Origin: Octopus sinensis
Lineage: Eukaryota
Length of the DNA: 64,000 bases
Assembly: GCF_006345805.1 (NCBI RefSeq)
Contig: NC_043016.1
Coordinates: 20,584,001 to 20,648,000 of the forward strand
Reading direction: 5' to 3'
Shown here: piece after piece, positions 23,098 to 36,289 of the stretch
Position numbering within the stretch: position 1 is the stretch's first letter
Layout of the letters: each line of letters opens with the position of its first letter
Program-made: the position numbers and the translations under genes
The notes under the pieces: model-generated
The model's input: the letters and a program-made list of their open reading frames with translations, nothing else
What the model was told of the DNA's origin: nothing
The model's database searches: none

Positions 23098-26000
23098 TTT
23101 TTTTTGTATCCTGGTGTTGGATAAATATTTAACAAAGCAGGGGGAAAGAAGTATTTACACGACGCACTACTATTACTGTTACACGAGGTTAAACGGTCTC
23201 TGTCAACGGCTCACAGTGAATTGCTTACCCGAGATTGCGGACAGCTTTTTATTTCATAGCAATATGTCAGTCAACTTTTAGTCTCATGGGGGTCGTCAGA
23301 ATCCTTCCACAATATCTCCCGTTTTTAGAATTAGTCTCCCTTAACTTCTCCCCTTTTGAAAATTAAATTCCGCTCAGTGTTTCTGTTCTTTTCCGTTTTC
23401 TGGTGCTAGAACGTGTAGTTTCAAATTGTTTGGGTGTCGGTACCTCAAATGAGTCACATAATACGTCCATGGGGATTTAATTTCTCGTGACTATTTTTTC
23501 GTAAATCTTTTTTTAAGTTGGTTAATATGTCTTTTATGTTCGACATTTTTTTCCTTTTACCAGGGATATCATTCTTCTAATTTGTTTAATAATTACACCG
23601 TCCTCCCACCTTTATTTACCATATCTATAGGTTAAAAAAAAAAAACTTTGTCACTTAACTTGAAAAATTTTGAAGATAGTATTTCTCTCATTTTTAAAAA
23701 TGAATTTATCGTTTTCCGATTTTAATTTTATGTCTTGTAATGTGATTGGCAGTTCACGTATGACATTACGCAAAATATTTAAAATTTCATTTTCCGCTCG
23801 CAACGCAGTAATCACAGTATCCTCAAAAGGTTCAGCACTTTTTGAAATCAGTCTTGATAACGAATCAGCGTGTCCCAATTTCTTAGATGGTATATACTCC
23901 ATTTTAAACTCATAGTTTAATAATATAGTACCCCAGCGTTGCAACCTATTAGGAGTATGGGTAGGATTCCTTTCTTCGACCCGTATATAGATAATAACGG
24001 ACGATGATCAGTCTGTTGTCGAAAACTTTTATTGTGTAAAAATCTATGAAATTTTTCCACGGCAAAAATAATCGTTAGAGCTCTCTTTCGATCTGACTGT
24101 AATTTTTCGAGTTGATATCAGAGAACGTGAGGCATGAACCACCGTCTTCATGATACCATCTTTATATTTATGTAGCATTATTGCTCCTATACCGTACTCA
24201 GAGGCATCTGAAGCTACAGTAATCTCCACCGCAGGATCGAAGTGTGCTAGCGACAAATCAGATGTTAATATTTTTTAAGATTCGTCGAACGCCTTCTCAG
24301 ACCAATTTCACTATAATTTTTTAAAATAGATTATTTAGTGGAACTCTTACCTTATGCATATTTGGAATATAATTTTGGCAATAATTTGCCAGTCCCCCAA
24401 AAGCTTGTAATGTCGCTATATTTGTCGGAGGGGGCATATTTTTAATTGCATGTGCCCTCAACGAATCTTGTTGACGTCCATTTCTGTCAATAATTTGTCC
24501 TAAATATTTTATTTTCGTTAAGAAAAATTCACTCTTTTCTTCACTCAAAGTAAAGCCACAATCCCTAATTTTTTCGAACACATATGTTACGTGCTCTACG
24601 TGTTGGTCCCGGGATTCGCTTCTTATGATTATATCATCCAGATATGGAATTGCGAATCCACAGTCCGCTAACATTGCATCCATAATCTGTTCAAAAATTG
24701 CCGGAGCGACTTTTAAGCCAAATGATAACCTGTTGTATTTATACAGTCCTTTATGTGTACTAATTGTTTGGTATTTAGAGCATTCATTGTCTACTCTAAT
24801 TTGTAGTTACGCGACAGAGAGAGATCCAATTAAGAAAATATCTTGCCGCCGTTTAATTTCGCAACTATGTCCTCCGAATTGGTAGCGGATAGTGAAACGA
24901 ATTAAGACACTCGTTTAAACCAGTGGAAAAATCAGTACACACACTTTGATTTTATGATTCTTTTTCTTAACGTATACAGCTGGTGATGCCCAGTGACTAT
25001 ATTCCACTTTTTAGATAGCTCCATTTTTTCTAGTCTCTCTAATTCTTAGTTTATCTATTTTAACGTTGCGAACGGTACAGTTCGTTTTGGTTTAAATACC
25101 GGTATAGTATTTTCTTTTACTTGAAACTTCACTTTTGTTTTGGTGCACAGGCCTTATTCATCAGACAGAACTTCAGGAAAAAATCTTTTAAAATTTCTTT
25201 TTAATTCGCCTGACGACTTATTTCTACTAGCGAAAAACCATTCACATTTTTACAGAAATGATGTATAGGGAGGTCCCATAAGTTAAATAATTCCATCCAG
25301 TCAGTTCCAAATATATTTGTGGTATTATTTAACATAAAAGATTTGGTATTATTTAGCACAAAAACTTTAGCTTTTAAGGTTTTTTCATGAAAAGTAATGT
25401 CACTTACCAATTCGCTCTGAAAATATAATTTTTCCCCAGAAACACCACGTGCAATTTTCAAAGTTTCTTTTAAGCTAGGTCTCCCGATTTTTTTCATGTA
25501 TCTATATTAATTATCGAGTAGGTTTGTGTTATTCATTTTTACATACATAAATTTCCTTTGAGGCTCGTTCGTATTTTTTGTCACCGATAACTTGTTCACG
25601 TAATTTCTGTTCAACTGCTTTTTAGGTTTTGTGAATTTTTATGACCTATCTTACTTGAAGCATCTTATATTTTTAAGCGGACAGTTACTTTTAAAATGTA
25701 GAACACAGCATACATAACATGGATTCGGTCTTGACATTTTTTTCTCTTTTTTCTTATACGTTATCGGTCGATACGCATGAATATGAGAACAATCTTTTTT
25801 TTCAATTCTATCTGTGTAATGTCTTAAATTTATAATCTTTTGGCATTCTTCTGCTACTGCCTGTAGAGTTAATTTTTGGTCCTGTTCTAATTTTGTTAAT
25901 ATCTGGGAACGTATATCTGCATCTTTGCTTACAGTAAGCTCTTGAACAAAATTTAAATATCTGAACATGTCCGGGGTTAATTAATTTAATTTGAATTTTT

Positions 26001-26870
26001 TACTCTCTGTTAACAACCCCAGCATAAGTGACGAAATCTTCATCATCTTTTTTGACCCAATTTAAACATTTTAAACATTGCCCGCAATATTAAGCAAGGA
26101 ACATCTTTCACTGAAAATTTTCGATAAGATATTAATTGCTTCATCGAAATAAATCTCACCTGGTTTCTTCGGCAGAATATAATTACTATATTTTTCGTGT
26201 TCGGCAAGAGATAACTTTCTTAGAAGCAGTCGTACTTTTTTCTCGTCCGTCCAGCTCTTACATTCTTCTTTGAAGATTTCTTCGTATGTTCGAAAATATG
26301 CAGAGAAGGTAATCCCTTCTTCTGGTTTATAACTGAATTCTTCAATTGAGTTTGCTACGCTGCTGGCGAGTACGAACCTGAAGTATTTTCAAACTTCTTC
26401 AACATTAATTCTAGCAACTGTTGATTTTGTCGTTGCTGTTGTAGTTGCTGTTGTAACTGCTGTTATTGCTGTTGTAGTCGCTGCTGTTGCTACAGTTGTT
26501 GAGGCCATGGTTTCGTACAAAAAACAACAACAACAAAAAACAACAAAAAACAAAATGAAAATTCTGAAAGTCTAACATAAACTTCGAACAATTCGTCGCC
26601 TTTTTTATATTCTGGTGTTGGATGTATAATTTAACGAAGCAGGGGGAAAGAAGTATTTACACGACCTACTTCTATTACTGTTAAACAAGGTTAAACGCTC
26701 TCTGCCAACGGTTCTTTTGTTTAGGCACACGGCCTTTATAAAGAGGGGACACCGCAAGGACAGACAGAACAAGACAATGGGGTAAATATAAATATAAATC
26801 GAATGAATTATGAATATGATGAAAATGAGGATGAAATGTCTTACTTGCACCCCAAAGCAAGTAGTTTCAT
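23098..26870 (-). mobile_element. Ty3/Gypsy LTR retrotransposon, decayed (gag-pro-RT-RNaseH; integrase largely deleted)
   Basis: LTR homology 23098-23212 vs 26603-26712; PBS-like GGCGACGA at ~26600; CYVC..LHFKSNC knuckle; YLDDII; DASEYGIGA; RWGTILLNY...HADSLSRL. Confidence 0.9.
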
Positions 26871-26874
26871 TCAG

Positions 26875-27312
26875 TTGTATCTTTTTTTAACACAATATTT
26901 TACTATATGATGATATTTTCGGACAACTGCTTATGAAGTGGGTGATATCTTCAGTGTGAACCCCACAAAGTCTGCATCGGTTGTCACATTTGTGCCCCTG
27001 GTATTTGGTTGATATTTCCTGTTCCTGGATTGCAAACGCATACCCTTCAAAATGGGAGGCAGTAATACCACTATTGGTCCATGATAAACTACTTTGATGA
27101 TCGATGTTACTATCATTTCAAAGCTTTCTACTAACATATCCATGCATAGTCTTCTGCTGATATAGGCTCATCCTTTCATCTGATGATATGTTGCGGTAGA
27201 GTCGTGCGATTTCTTTGGTCATGTATTCTATGTTATCAGACAAAGAATGGTGCTCAAGGATGTACCTTCCAAGTTTCATGATGTTATCAGCCTCACGTAT
27301 GCAAACTTGGTC
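26875..27312 (-). mobile_element. R4/Dong-like RLE fragment, paralogous to 21480-21790
   Basis: Direct homology 27001-27310 vs 21480-21787; CRLCG...EDITH zinc-knuckle region. Confidence 0.6.
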
Positions 27313-27324
27313 AAGGGATGCACT

Positions 27325-27900
27325 TCGACACTTGGTGGTTAAAAGATGTTGCTCTGGCAGTGCTATCGGGAATCATTGCCCGTTCGGGTTAAGTTCTACA
27401 GGTACGGTTCAAGAAATATCAGACCGACTTGCCCGGGATGCAGTCAGAGCGACGAAACGGTTCTGCATGCACTTGTGCAATGTCCAAACATTTCAGACCT
27501 GTGAGATTAAGTCGAACGGCTGCTGTCACATGTGGGACGAATTCGGTCGTCGGCTGAGTCTATCGTGAATATTGCCCCGCCAGGAGAAGGCAAGGCAGAT
27601 TTCTTGTACAGGTGGCTATAGTGAAAGAATGTATGTGGTGGACTCGTGCGAAAGGTTTAGAGACAAACACTTTCCTCTCTGGCCAACCTATCAACTTCTT
27701 CAAGCATCACTTGAAAAGGAAGGTAAGAATAGAGAGGGAAGTTTTGTCTAATGAAAGGTTCAACAAAAGGTGGGGGAATGTGGCAAGTGTGGTACGAATA
27801 AATGACGGGACGACCTTGAGCAGGAACCTATAAAACAAAGAGAGAAAGAGCGCCTTGCTCTCATGTTAATGTTTTTCTTTTTCGTTTCCGAGGTTACCGT
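27325..27900 (+). mobile_element. L1/Tx1-like LINE 3' end
   Basis: CPGC...ETV.HALVQC knuckle, followed by AIVKECMWWTR...F.KRW. Confidence 0.55.
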
Positions 27901-28304
27901 GGTTCTTTTTCCTAGGTTTTTCTTTCCACGGATAAACCTAGTTAATGTTACATTTCCTCCTCCTATTGGGAACTCTTATTGTTAACAACGACTTTTGTGT
28001 TATTTCCCTGTTTACACGTCCAAGGAAAAAAGAAAATAAAAATAAAAGGTTTTTTTCTCCCCTTTTGATCGACTTCGAAGAAGAATTCCATATTGTGTTC
28101 GGCCCTGCATGGCTAATGAAGAAATGTATGTTCGATCGTACGTGCGTACGTACGAATGTACGTACGTATGTATGTATGTATGTATGTATGTATGTATGTA
28201 TGTATGTATGTATGTATGTATGTATGTATGTATGTATTATGTATGTATGTATGTATGTATGTATGTATGTATGTATGTATGTATGTATGTATGTATGTAT
28301 GTAT

Positions 28305-29750
28305 GACGGCCTGACTTTGCCTTTCATTGACTGCACCACGGCCATTAGTGGCAGCACTCCACTCTTCACTTTTTCTTCCACGGAATTAAGATACCCTCTT
28401 TGATCCACCTCTCTACCTCTCCTTCAAACCCGTTCCTGGCATTTCCTTTCACGGTATGCTGATACCAGCGGCGAGCTGGCAGAAATGTTAGCACGACGGG
28501 CGAAATGCGTAGCCGTATTTCATCTGCCGTTACGTTCTGAGTTCAAGTTCCGCCGAGGTCGACTTTGCCTTTCATCCTTTCGGGGTTGATAAATTAAGTA
28601 CCAGTTACGCACTGGGGTCGATATAATCGACTTAATTCGTCTGTCTGTCCTTGTTTGTCTCCTCTGTGTTTAGCTCCTTGTGGGTAGTAAAGAAATAGGT
28701 CTGCTGATACCGGCTTAGCCTGTTCCTCAGCGCCGGAGGTTCTCCTTTCCAGCGCCACTCAACCGTCCACCATCTGAAAATCTTTATTTGCAATGGTGTA
28801 AGCAGTACTATTCTTCCTAGGTCTCTGCCTACTTTCTTGTTGCAGGCTCACAGCGTATGATGCCCCTGCGCTACCAATTAAAACCATGTCTCCACTAACA
28901 ATGACACATACTAGGCGGTTGATCGCGTCCATATCCATTTTCCACAATTACTTGCAGCCTTAGTGTTGTGCCTCGCACCGCCACCTCCACTTCACTGCTA
29001 TCCTTACATCTAATTTCGCTGCCGTCGAGCGCTCTAACACTACTCGTCCCATTCCACTTTTTAGTCACCTTTGAGGTTACGAGAGGCGTTGTACAGCACG
29101 TATCCATGAGGGCTTTGAGTGCCTTTCCTTCAACCTGGACTTCAACTATAGGCAATGACTGTACGAAAGCCTCCACTTACTCACGGGGTAAGTTTGATAG
29201 GCAGCAACTTCTCCGTGGCCTTTCCCCTGGCTGTAGTTTCGAGCGATATGCCTTGTCCGCTTGCACCGATAGCAAATGAGTTCGGGTTTCATCTCTGCGC
29301 AGTCCCTTGCTACGTGCAGTCTCTGGCGTTTGAAATGCTAAAGCTTGAAACGCTACAGCTTCAGAATCGGGACTGTAACGTCTCCCTCACGTCAGGAAGG
29401 TCTGATGGCATCGCTACCGATCTTTATTTTTGCTGATATATCGTGGAAAAAAATACGAGGGGCCGTAATAGCTTGTAGTATGAGGTACAAAGTGCGATTC
29501 ACCTACCCCTCAGATTCCTTTGCAGCGTCGACAGTCTAACTGGGTTACATCCGAAAAACGTCCTACCCACCTAACCTATCGTCAGAACCTAGATCGTACG
29601 TCCACACGCGTCCACAACGATCGCCCTGAAGCGAAGGGACCCACGCTGGTCCTACTTACGTCCATGTGACCTCCATCTAGGACCCTCTTCCGGTAGGGTC
29701 CCCCAGTCATTGACGTCACTGACCCTTTTTCTCCTGGTTCACCTCATCCC
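28305..29750 (-). mobile_element. Ty3/Gypsy remnant (gag-pro and start of RT) with SINE insertion
   Basis: Protease ALMDTCCTTPLV; CYRCKRTRHIARN knuckle; LPLMAVVQ..KGKVRP. Confidence 0.75.
28468..28698 (+). mobile_element. SINE family 1
   Basis: Homology to other copies; TSD TGCTGATACC. Confidence 0.9.
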
Positions 29751-29902
29751 CATATATATATATATATAAAGGTCGTACTGCATTACTACTTGGCATCCTG
29801 TTGCTTATTTTGATTATATAATATATTATATATTATATATATGTATATATATATGTATATATTATATATATATACACACACACACACACCACACACACAC
29901 AC

Positions 29903-29933
<31 letters not shown>

Positions 29934-29970
29934 TATATAATCAAAATAAGCAACAGGATACCAAGTAGTA

Positions 29971-30058
29971 ATGCAGTACGACCTTTTCAAGCGATTCCAT
30001 TTAATTGAACAATGCAATCATTACATCAATTTAAATTCAGTGCCATCTTCAGCTGCAC
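29971..30058 (-). ncRNA. Hammerhead ribozyme motif (PLE type)
   Basis: GUGCAG-CUGAAGA-[long stem II]-GAAA-AGGUCG-UA-CUGCAU; stem I GUGCAG/CUGCAU; one stem III mismatch. Confidence 0.55.
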
Positions 30059-30815
30059 AAATAAATAAATGAAATTTTAACGAGTAGGACACATTAATAT
30101 AATTTTTCTTAAATATTTTAACAGAGCAAGAAGATGAAAGAAATTCATGTTGGCGCTATTGTAACTAAGAATAGACTACATCTTCTAAGAATCGCATGGA
30201 TATAGTGGGGTCATAGGGTTGTAATTCATTTCTAATTCATTTATTTCTTTATTAACTACTAAATCTAAGACTAGAAGACTGTGTCTATTTTAAATAAAGG
30301 ACAAGAGTGAGTTGACAGCTCATGGCTAGGTATGGTCATAAATATTATCATATGTGTCCATTTTCTCCAGGGAGGAAATAAGACATTAGGAGTAGTCAGT
30401 TGGATATATGTAGCTGTCTATAAAAAGAGGTAGGGTAGGGGTAGACTTTAAATCATGATGTTAATTACCAGTTAAAGGGGCCAGCCGCTAAGAAACCTAA
30501 GATGTTAATACAGAGGAAATTTTATTTAGGGGCACTATGGGGGAAATGTATAAAAATAAAATTTAAGAATTTCAAAAATGATTTAACCAAAATAGGTAAA
30601 AGGTGTGTATATCAATTATAAACATTAAAAAGAAGATTACATAGAATCAGTTTAATATCCATTCGTATATTTAATTACTTATTAGGTGGTTTCTATAAAG
30701 ACTGTTCAAGGCATTTACATATGGAATAACTGGAAAGATAAACATACTATCTATCTATTAATTTTAAGCCATGAATCAGAAAAGTGTAAAAATGCATACA
30801 GGCACACACACACAC

Positions 30816-30860
<45 letters not shown>

Positions 30861-31039
30861 CATATATGCACAAATATTTATACGCTTAGACTTATGTAAC
30901 CGAAAAATATCAATTTAAGAACAAGAAAAATAGCAATTTATAAGGGATAAGAGGTTAACAAGTAAGGATATCAAAATAAGAAAACAAAATAATAAGATTC
31001 TGTCCCACTAGGTCACAGAGCGGAAGACCATCCACCATC

Positions 31040-31290
31040 ATCTCAGCAGTGAAGAAAAGTACCGCAGAGCACTGGAGTGGCTGGACCACATTCACCCAAA
31101 ACCCTGAGAACAACAATCAGGTGAAAGGAATGATTGCACATGCAATAGGGGCTAGCGTAAGAACTACCTTGAAGAATCACATTGTAAAGTTTAACAAGAA
31201 ACTATACATGCAGGTTCAAGGTGCAGCCATTGGTGTCGGCGTAGCTGGAGATGTGGCCTGCTTCTTCATGACCTGGTGAGACAGAAGGCT
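31040..31290 (+). mobile_element. Penelope-like RT fragment
   Basis: LKNHIVKFNKKLYMQVQGAAIG...A..FM, the PLE RT motif-4 region. Confidence 0.65.
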
Positions 31291-31347
31291 TAAGAAATCC
31301 TTAGTAGAACAGTCCACAACTCAGAATGCATACACAATGAGATAGAG

Positions 31348-31395
<48 letters not shown>

Positions 31396-32180
31396 ACACA
31401 CGCACACACGCACACACACAATACACATAAAACCACACAAACACAGGAATATGTAGAACACATACATACAAACGTACACACATACATACATATATACACA
31501 ACTTACATGCATGCATGCATATAAACATACATACATACATATGTATGCGCGTACACACTGACCCACACATATGCACACAAACAAACAAAAAGAGCGCAGC
31601 TGAGATAACGGACAGAGTCAACAACTATTGGAAAGGTTGCAAGACGCAACGGAAATTTTAGAAAAATGAAGGAAATGAGTGGAGACTTTACTGGTGAGTG
31701 TTTTAAATTATAAGGCACTAAAAGGGAATGACTCTCCCCAGACACAACAAAATATGCTTCAACACACGAACTCACATAAAGAATCTTGCAAACCAAATTC
31801 CAAAACGAAATAAAATAAGAATTTATGGAAAGCAATAAGAAATACATATAGCCTATATGTAAAGAGACAGGGGATTAAAATTAGAAGCAAGGAAAAGACA
31901 AAAGTAACATGAAAAGAGAGGTGTAATAGGTATGGAAGCACAGAGGACAGTTAAATTTATTCAGACAGAAGAGATTTTATAAGCTGTAATGTTACAGGTG
32001 CTATCGTATGTATGATTTTATAGTTTCTAGTGGGTATATGATTTAGTCAAAAGGAGACTTACATAAAGTCACTACAAATATACATAATATAATCAATAGT
32101 ATAGAAAACCATAGAAAGGAAAATAGCATTAAGTCAGACTAATTAGGCCGGGGTTATCCTGGGATAGTATTATATATATT

Positions 32181-32412
32181 TGGCGGCAAGATGGCAGAAC
32201 CGTTAGCACACCGGGCGAAATGCTTAGCCGTATTTCGTCTGCCGTTACGTTCTGAGTTCAAATTCCGCCGAGGTCGACTGTACCTTTCATCCTTTCGGGG
32301 TCGATAAATTAAGTACCAGTTACGCACTGGGGTCGATATAATCGGCTTGATCCGTTTGTCTGTCCTTGTTTGTCCTCTGTGTGTTTAGCCCCTTGTGGGT
32401 AGTAAAGAAATA
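32181..32412 (+). mobile_element. SINE family 1
   Basis: Homology to other copies; TSD ~AGTATTATATA. Confidence 0.9.
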
Positions 32413-32579
32413 AGTATTATATATAGCCCACCACATACCACAACACATAGAATGTAACATATGTAACGCAATATAATTTACCGTATAACATCAAAGTTCA
32501 TGTATGGTAACTATAAAAGTTAGTTTCGAAAATACTTAAATGTACGGGTGTCGCTATGCATGCATATTACCGTTAGGTA

Positions 32580-33730
32580 TTCAACATGCAGTAAAAGAAC
32601 AAAAAGGTGAGTACATAAAATTACTGCATCCAAAAGACTTAAAACTTAGACCTATTACAGCTGGTCCAGCATGCCCTACCCGCCGTCTAATCAATTTTAC
32701 TGACATTGTTTTGAAACCACTATGTACCTACATAGCAAGTTTCATCTAGGATGACATCGACCTCCTGTCCCATCTTCTCAAAACAACTGAAACAAATTCA
32801 CTTCTACTTAGTTTTAATGTGGTAAGCCTCTACACCAATATTCCACATGATTTAGGAATAATGGCGATTAGACACCGGGCAGAAAAAAACATAGAGAAGT
32901 AATCCCCAACAGATTCACAGTGCCATTTATATTAGACACAGTCAGACTTATTCTGAAAAACAACATATTCTTCTTCAATGGAAAGAATTACACACACATT
33001 AAAGGCACGGCGATGGGAACGAGGTTTGCTCCCGTTTACGCGAACTCTGCAATGGGATATCTAGAACAATTCTACCAAGAAGTAGAAGAAAACTATAGCA
33101 CTGGATTTAGAAATTATATTGAAAAGGCATGGAAGAGATACCTTGATGATTGTTTCATAATCTGGACAGAATCTCTAAGTGCTCTGGAAGAGTTCAAAAT
33201 CCTCTTGGACAACCCTAACCCATCTCTCCAATTTACAAAGGAGATGAGTAGTACCAAATTACCATTCCTAGATAAAATGGTAATTAAAAAGGACACCACC
33301 ATTACCACAGATATATTCGACAAACACATGGACACACATCGAAACCTAAATTTTAAGTCGTACCATCCACCACATACAAAACGCAACATTCCATATTGCC
33401 TAACCAGAAGAATTTGTACCATTATAGAAAATGCAAATATCCGGAAAAAACGCCTAACAGAACTGTAGTGGGAATATATAGTCAGTATAAGGTGTTGATG
33501 CGGTTGCGTGTATGTAGGACTGCATACTGTCTTAGTATGCAGTCCTACAAATTATATTCACCTTGGACGGTCGTACCGATGATCTACGGACAATTACGTA
33601 ATTTGTTGATAGTGAAACATGTATACGAATAATCCATATTTCTATTACTTTTTCTTTTGTCTTGCTCGATTACGTTTTGGTTGTTTTGCTAAATTTTTCC
33701 TGAGAACATTTCTTCGTGGTTTCCCTCTAA
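32580..33730 (+). mobile_element. Penelope-like RT remnant with 3' hammerhead, ending at (TA)n
   Basis: LRPITAGP, SLYTNIP, KGTAMGTRFAPVYAN, RYLDDCF, LPFLD, SYHPPH motifs. Confidence 0.88.
33572..33627 (+). ncRNA. Hammerhead ribozyme motif (core variant CCGAUGA)
   Basis: CGUA-CCGAUGA-[stem II]-GAAA-CAUG-UA-UACG; palindromic stem III ACAUGU. Confidence 0.6.
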
Positions 33731-33873
33731 TATATATATATACACACATACTGCATGAATACATGCATGCATACATACATACTTACGTGCATGCATACAG
33801 ACATACATATATCCGTTTAGATAATTTATGTATATATATATATATATAACAAAGTGGAGTTGTGTGTGTTGTG

Positions 33874-33905
<32 letters not shown>

Positions 33906-33964
33906 TTGAGTAAGAAAATGGAAGTTTAAATGTATATGAATTAATTATTAACATATTGTTAATT

Positions 33965-34073
33965 AAGCCTACAATTGTTTCAATCTACACTCAATGCAAA
34001 TTATAAACATATAGAATAAAATAAGATAAAATAAATTTGCATTTTGAAGATTTTGAGTAAAATATCATCAGGA
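33965..34073 (-). ncRNA. Hammerhead ribozyme motif with a large stem II insert (mirror copy on + at 34079-34185)
   Basis: CUGAUGA...GAAA-CAAUUG-UA-GGCUU; palindromic stem III; GUA triplet. Confidence 0.6.
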
Positions 34074-34997
34074 TCATTGGCCCTGATAATATTTTACTCA
34101 AAATCTCCAAAATGCAAGCTTATTTTATTTTATTCTATAGGTTTGTAATTTTCATTAAGTATAAATTGAAACAATTTGTAGGCTTAATTAACAATATGTT
34201 AATAAATTAATTTATGTCCATTTAAACTTTCCACTTTTTAACTTAATAATACTTGATATCTATAATATACCTATTTATATTGAAGAGATATTTCTCAACA
34301 ATATAAGGTATTAAACCAAAGTATCTTGGATGAAATCATCCATTTAAGAACTTAATATATCCCCGCAGTGAATATATATATATATATTCCAATTTAGCTT
34401 CGGAATGCACTCTTAAAAGCTCCTATGCTTCTCATTGTCGGCCACCGCTAGTTAATTCCATCCGCCTGGGTAATCCAAAGGTATGGGTATACGCGCGGAA
34501 CTCCTATGGAACTAAATAGGCTTCATTAATGCATCACAACATGTTTCTGCACCCTATGCATTCATTAGGTTACAGATTTTCATATTCATAACATATTACT
34601 TAAGATTACTTTTAATATTTATCAATCTGAAATTTTTCTCATCTCCATTTCAATGTGGATGTTTTTTCTGCCAGCCAGATTTCCTGACTTTAAGAACATT
34701 CACTGTTTTACACCAATTAAACCATTCGATTGTTGGGTATTACTTGCGACTTATCAAAGATAAAAAAAAGGGAACAAAGAACCCACCGACCTCTTCCCAA
34801 TAAACGAAATGGTCAAACCTCTTCATCGACTGCTTGTTGTGTATCATGAAAGAAGAAACATGGACAAAAACAAAATGACATAAGAGGATAGAGAATATAG
34901 TATTCAACTACATTTCTTGCTCATGGTAACCACATTTCCTTTAGAAGATACTGCTGTATAGATTATATTGGAGATAATGACGATCTATCTTCTATCA

Positions 34998-35152
34998 TAA
35001 GTCCTATGTTTTCATCATTCCCCAAGATCATTTATCATTAATTTGAAGGTAAGAAAACACAAAACTTTTATTACAATAAGTCTTATGTTTCCATCATCTT
35101 CTAAGATCATTTATCATTAATTTGGAGGTAAGGCAACATAAATCTTTTATTA
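34998..35152. repeat. Tandem duplication, ~78-bp unit x2
   Basis: TAAGTCYTATGTTTYCATCAT...AAGATCATTTATCATTAATTTG repeated. Confidence 0.8.
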
Positions 35153-35538
35153 TCTTTTGATGCTTTTCTAAAATTTTATACATATATTTTTTTTATTTCT
35201 GTAATGCCCTGCTAGGCTATTTTTGTATGAATCAATTAATACTTGCTAAACTGGCACCTACAAATCTCATAGAGGGGCGTACTGTTTATTTATAGGAATT
35301 GTGCCTTCCTAATTTACCAAAAGTTTTCTGGTTTGACTATGCATTCTAATGCACGTCAGTGATCTTTAATTGACTTTAATCTCTTCCTTGAAACTATTTT
35401 TTGTATATCAGTTGATTAGTATTGGTGATGTACCACCGCGATCTTTAAGAGTCGTTAATTTCTTCTGTGTATCTATTTTTTTGTATACCACGGGATTAAT
35501 ATTAGTAATGTATATATGTATATATATATATGTATATA

Positions 35539-35631
<93 letters not shown>

Positions 35632-35881
35632 TTAAGAGAGGTAATGGTGTCAGTAAGACCCAAAGGTGTCAGGTAATACTGAGTAAGTGCTATGGATAGA
35701 CCGTAGGTTCGGTGATTATGCGAATAAGGAGTCCAACGTAGGTCATATATCAGCGTGTGTATATATATATATTAAAAAATTTTTTCAGAAAGATAAAAAC
35801 CAAGGCTGTGAAGATTTTAGAACATTGTTTTTTTTTTTTATCTCATTCTAAAAAAAGATTATATATATATATATATATATA

Positions 35882-35924
<43 letters not shown>

Positions 35925-36151
35925 AAAGGTCGTTAGAATTCCTTTTATTTCTTCATTATTATTAGCGCTTTCGTTCCTCTCTAGAACTTGTCAAATACAA
36001 TTTTGTGAATGTACAAACAGCTTGTTCATTTATATAAAACAGACGTTTTTTTTTGGGTTTTGTTTAGAAGAGAACATTGTTTTTGTTTTTTTGGGTGAGG
36101 TTCCAATACAATGGAGAGAGATAGATAGAAATATAGGTAGGTAGATAGGCT

Positions 36152-36189
<38 letters not shown>

Positions 36190-36197
36190 GATAGATG

Positions 36198-36248
<51 letters not shown>

Positions 36249-36289
36249 GGATAGGTGGATAGATAGTCAGATAGATAGTGGATAGATAG

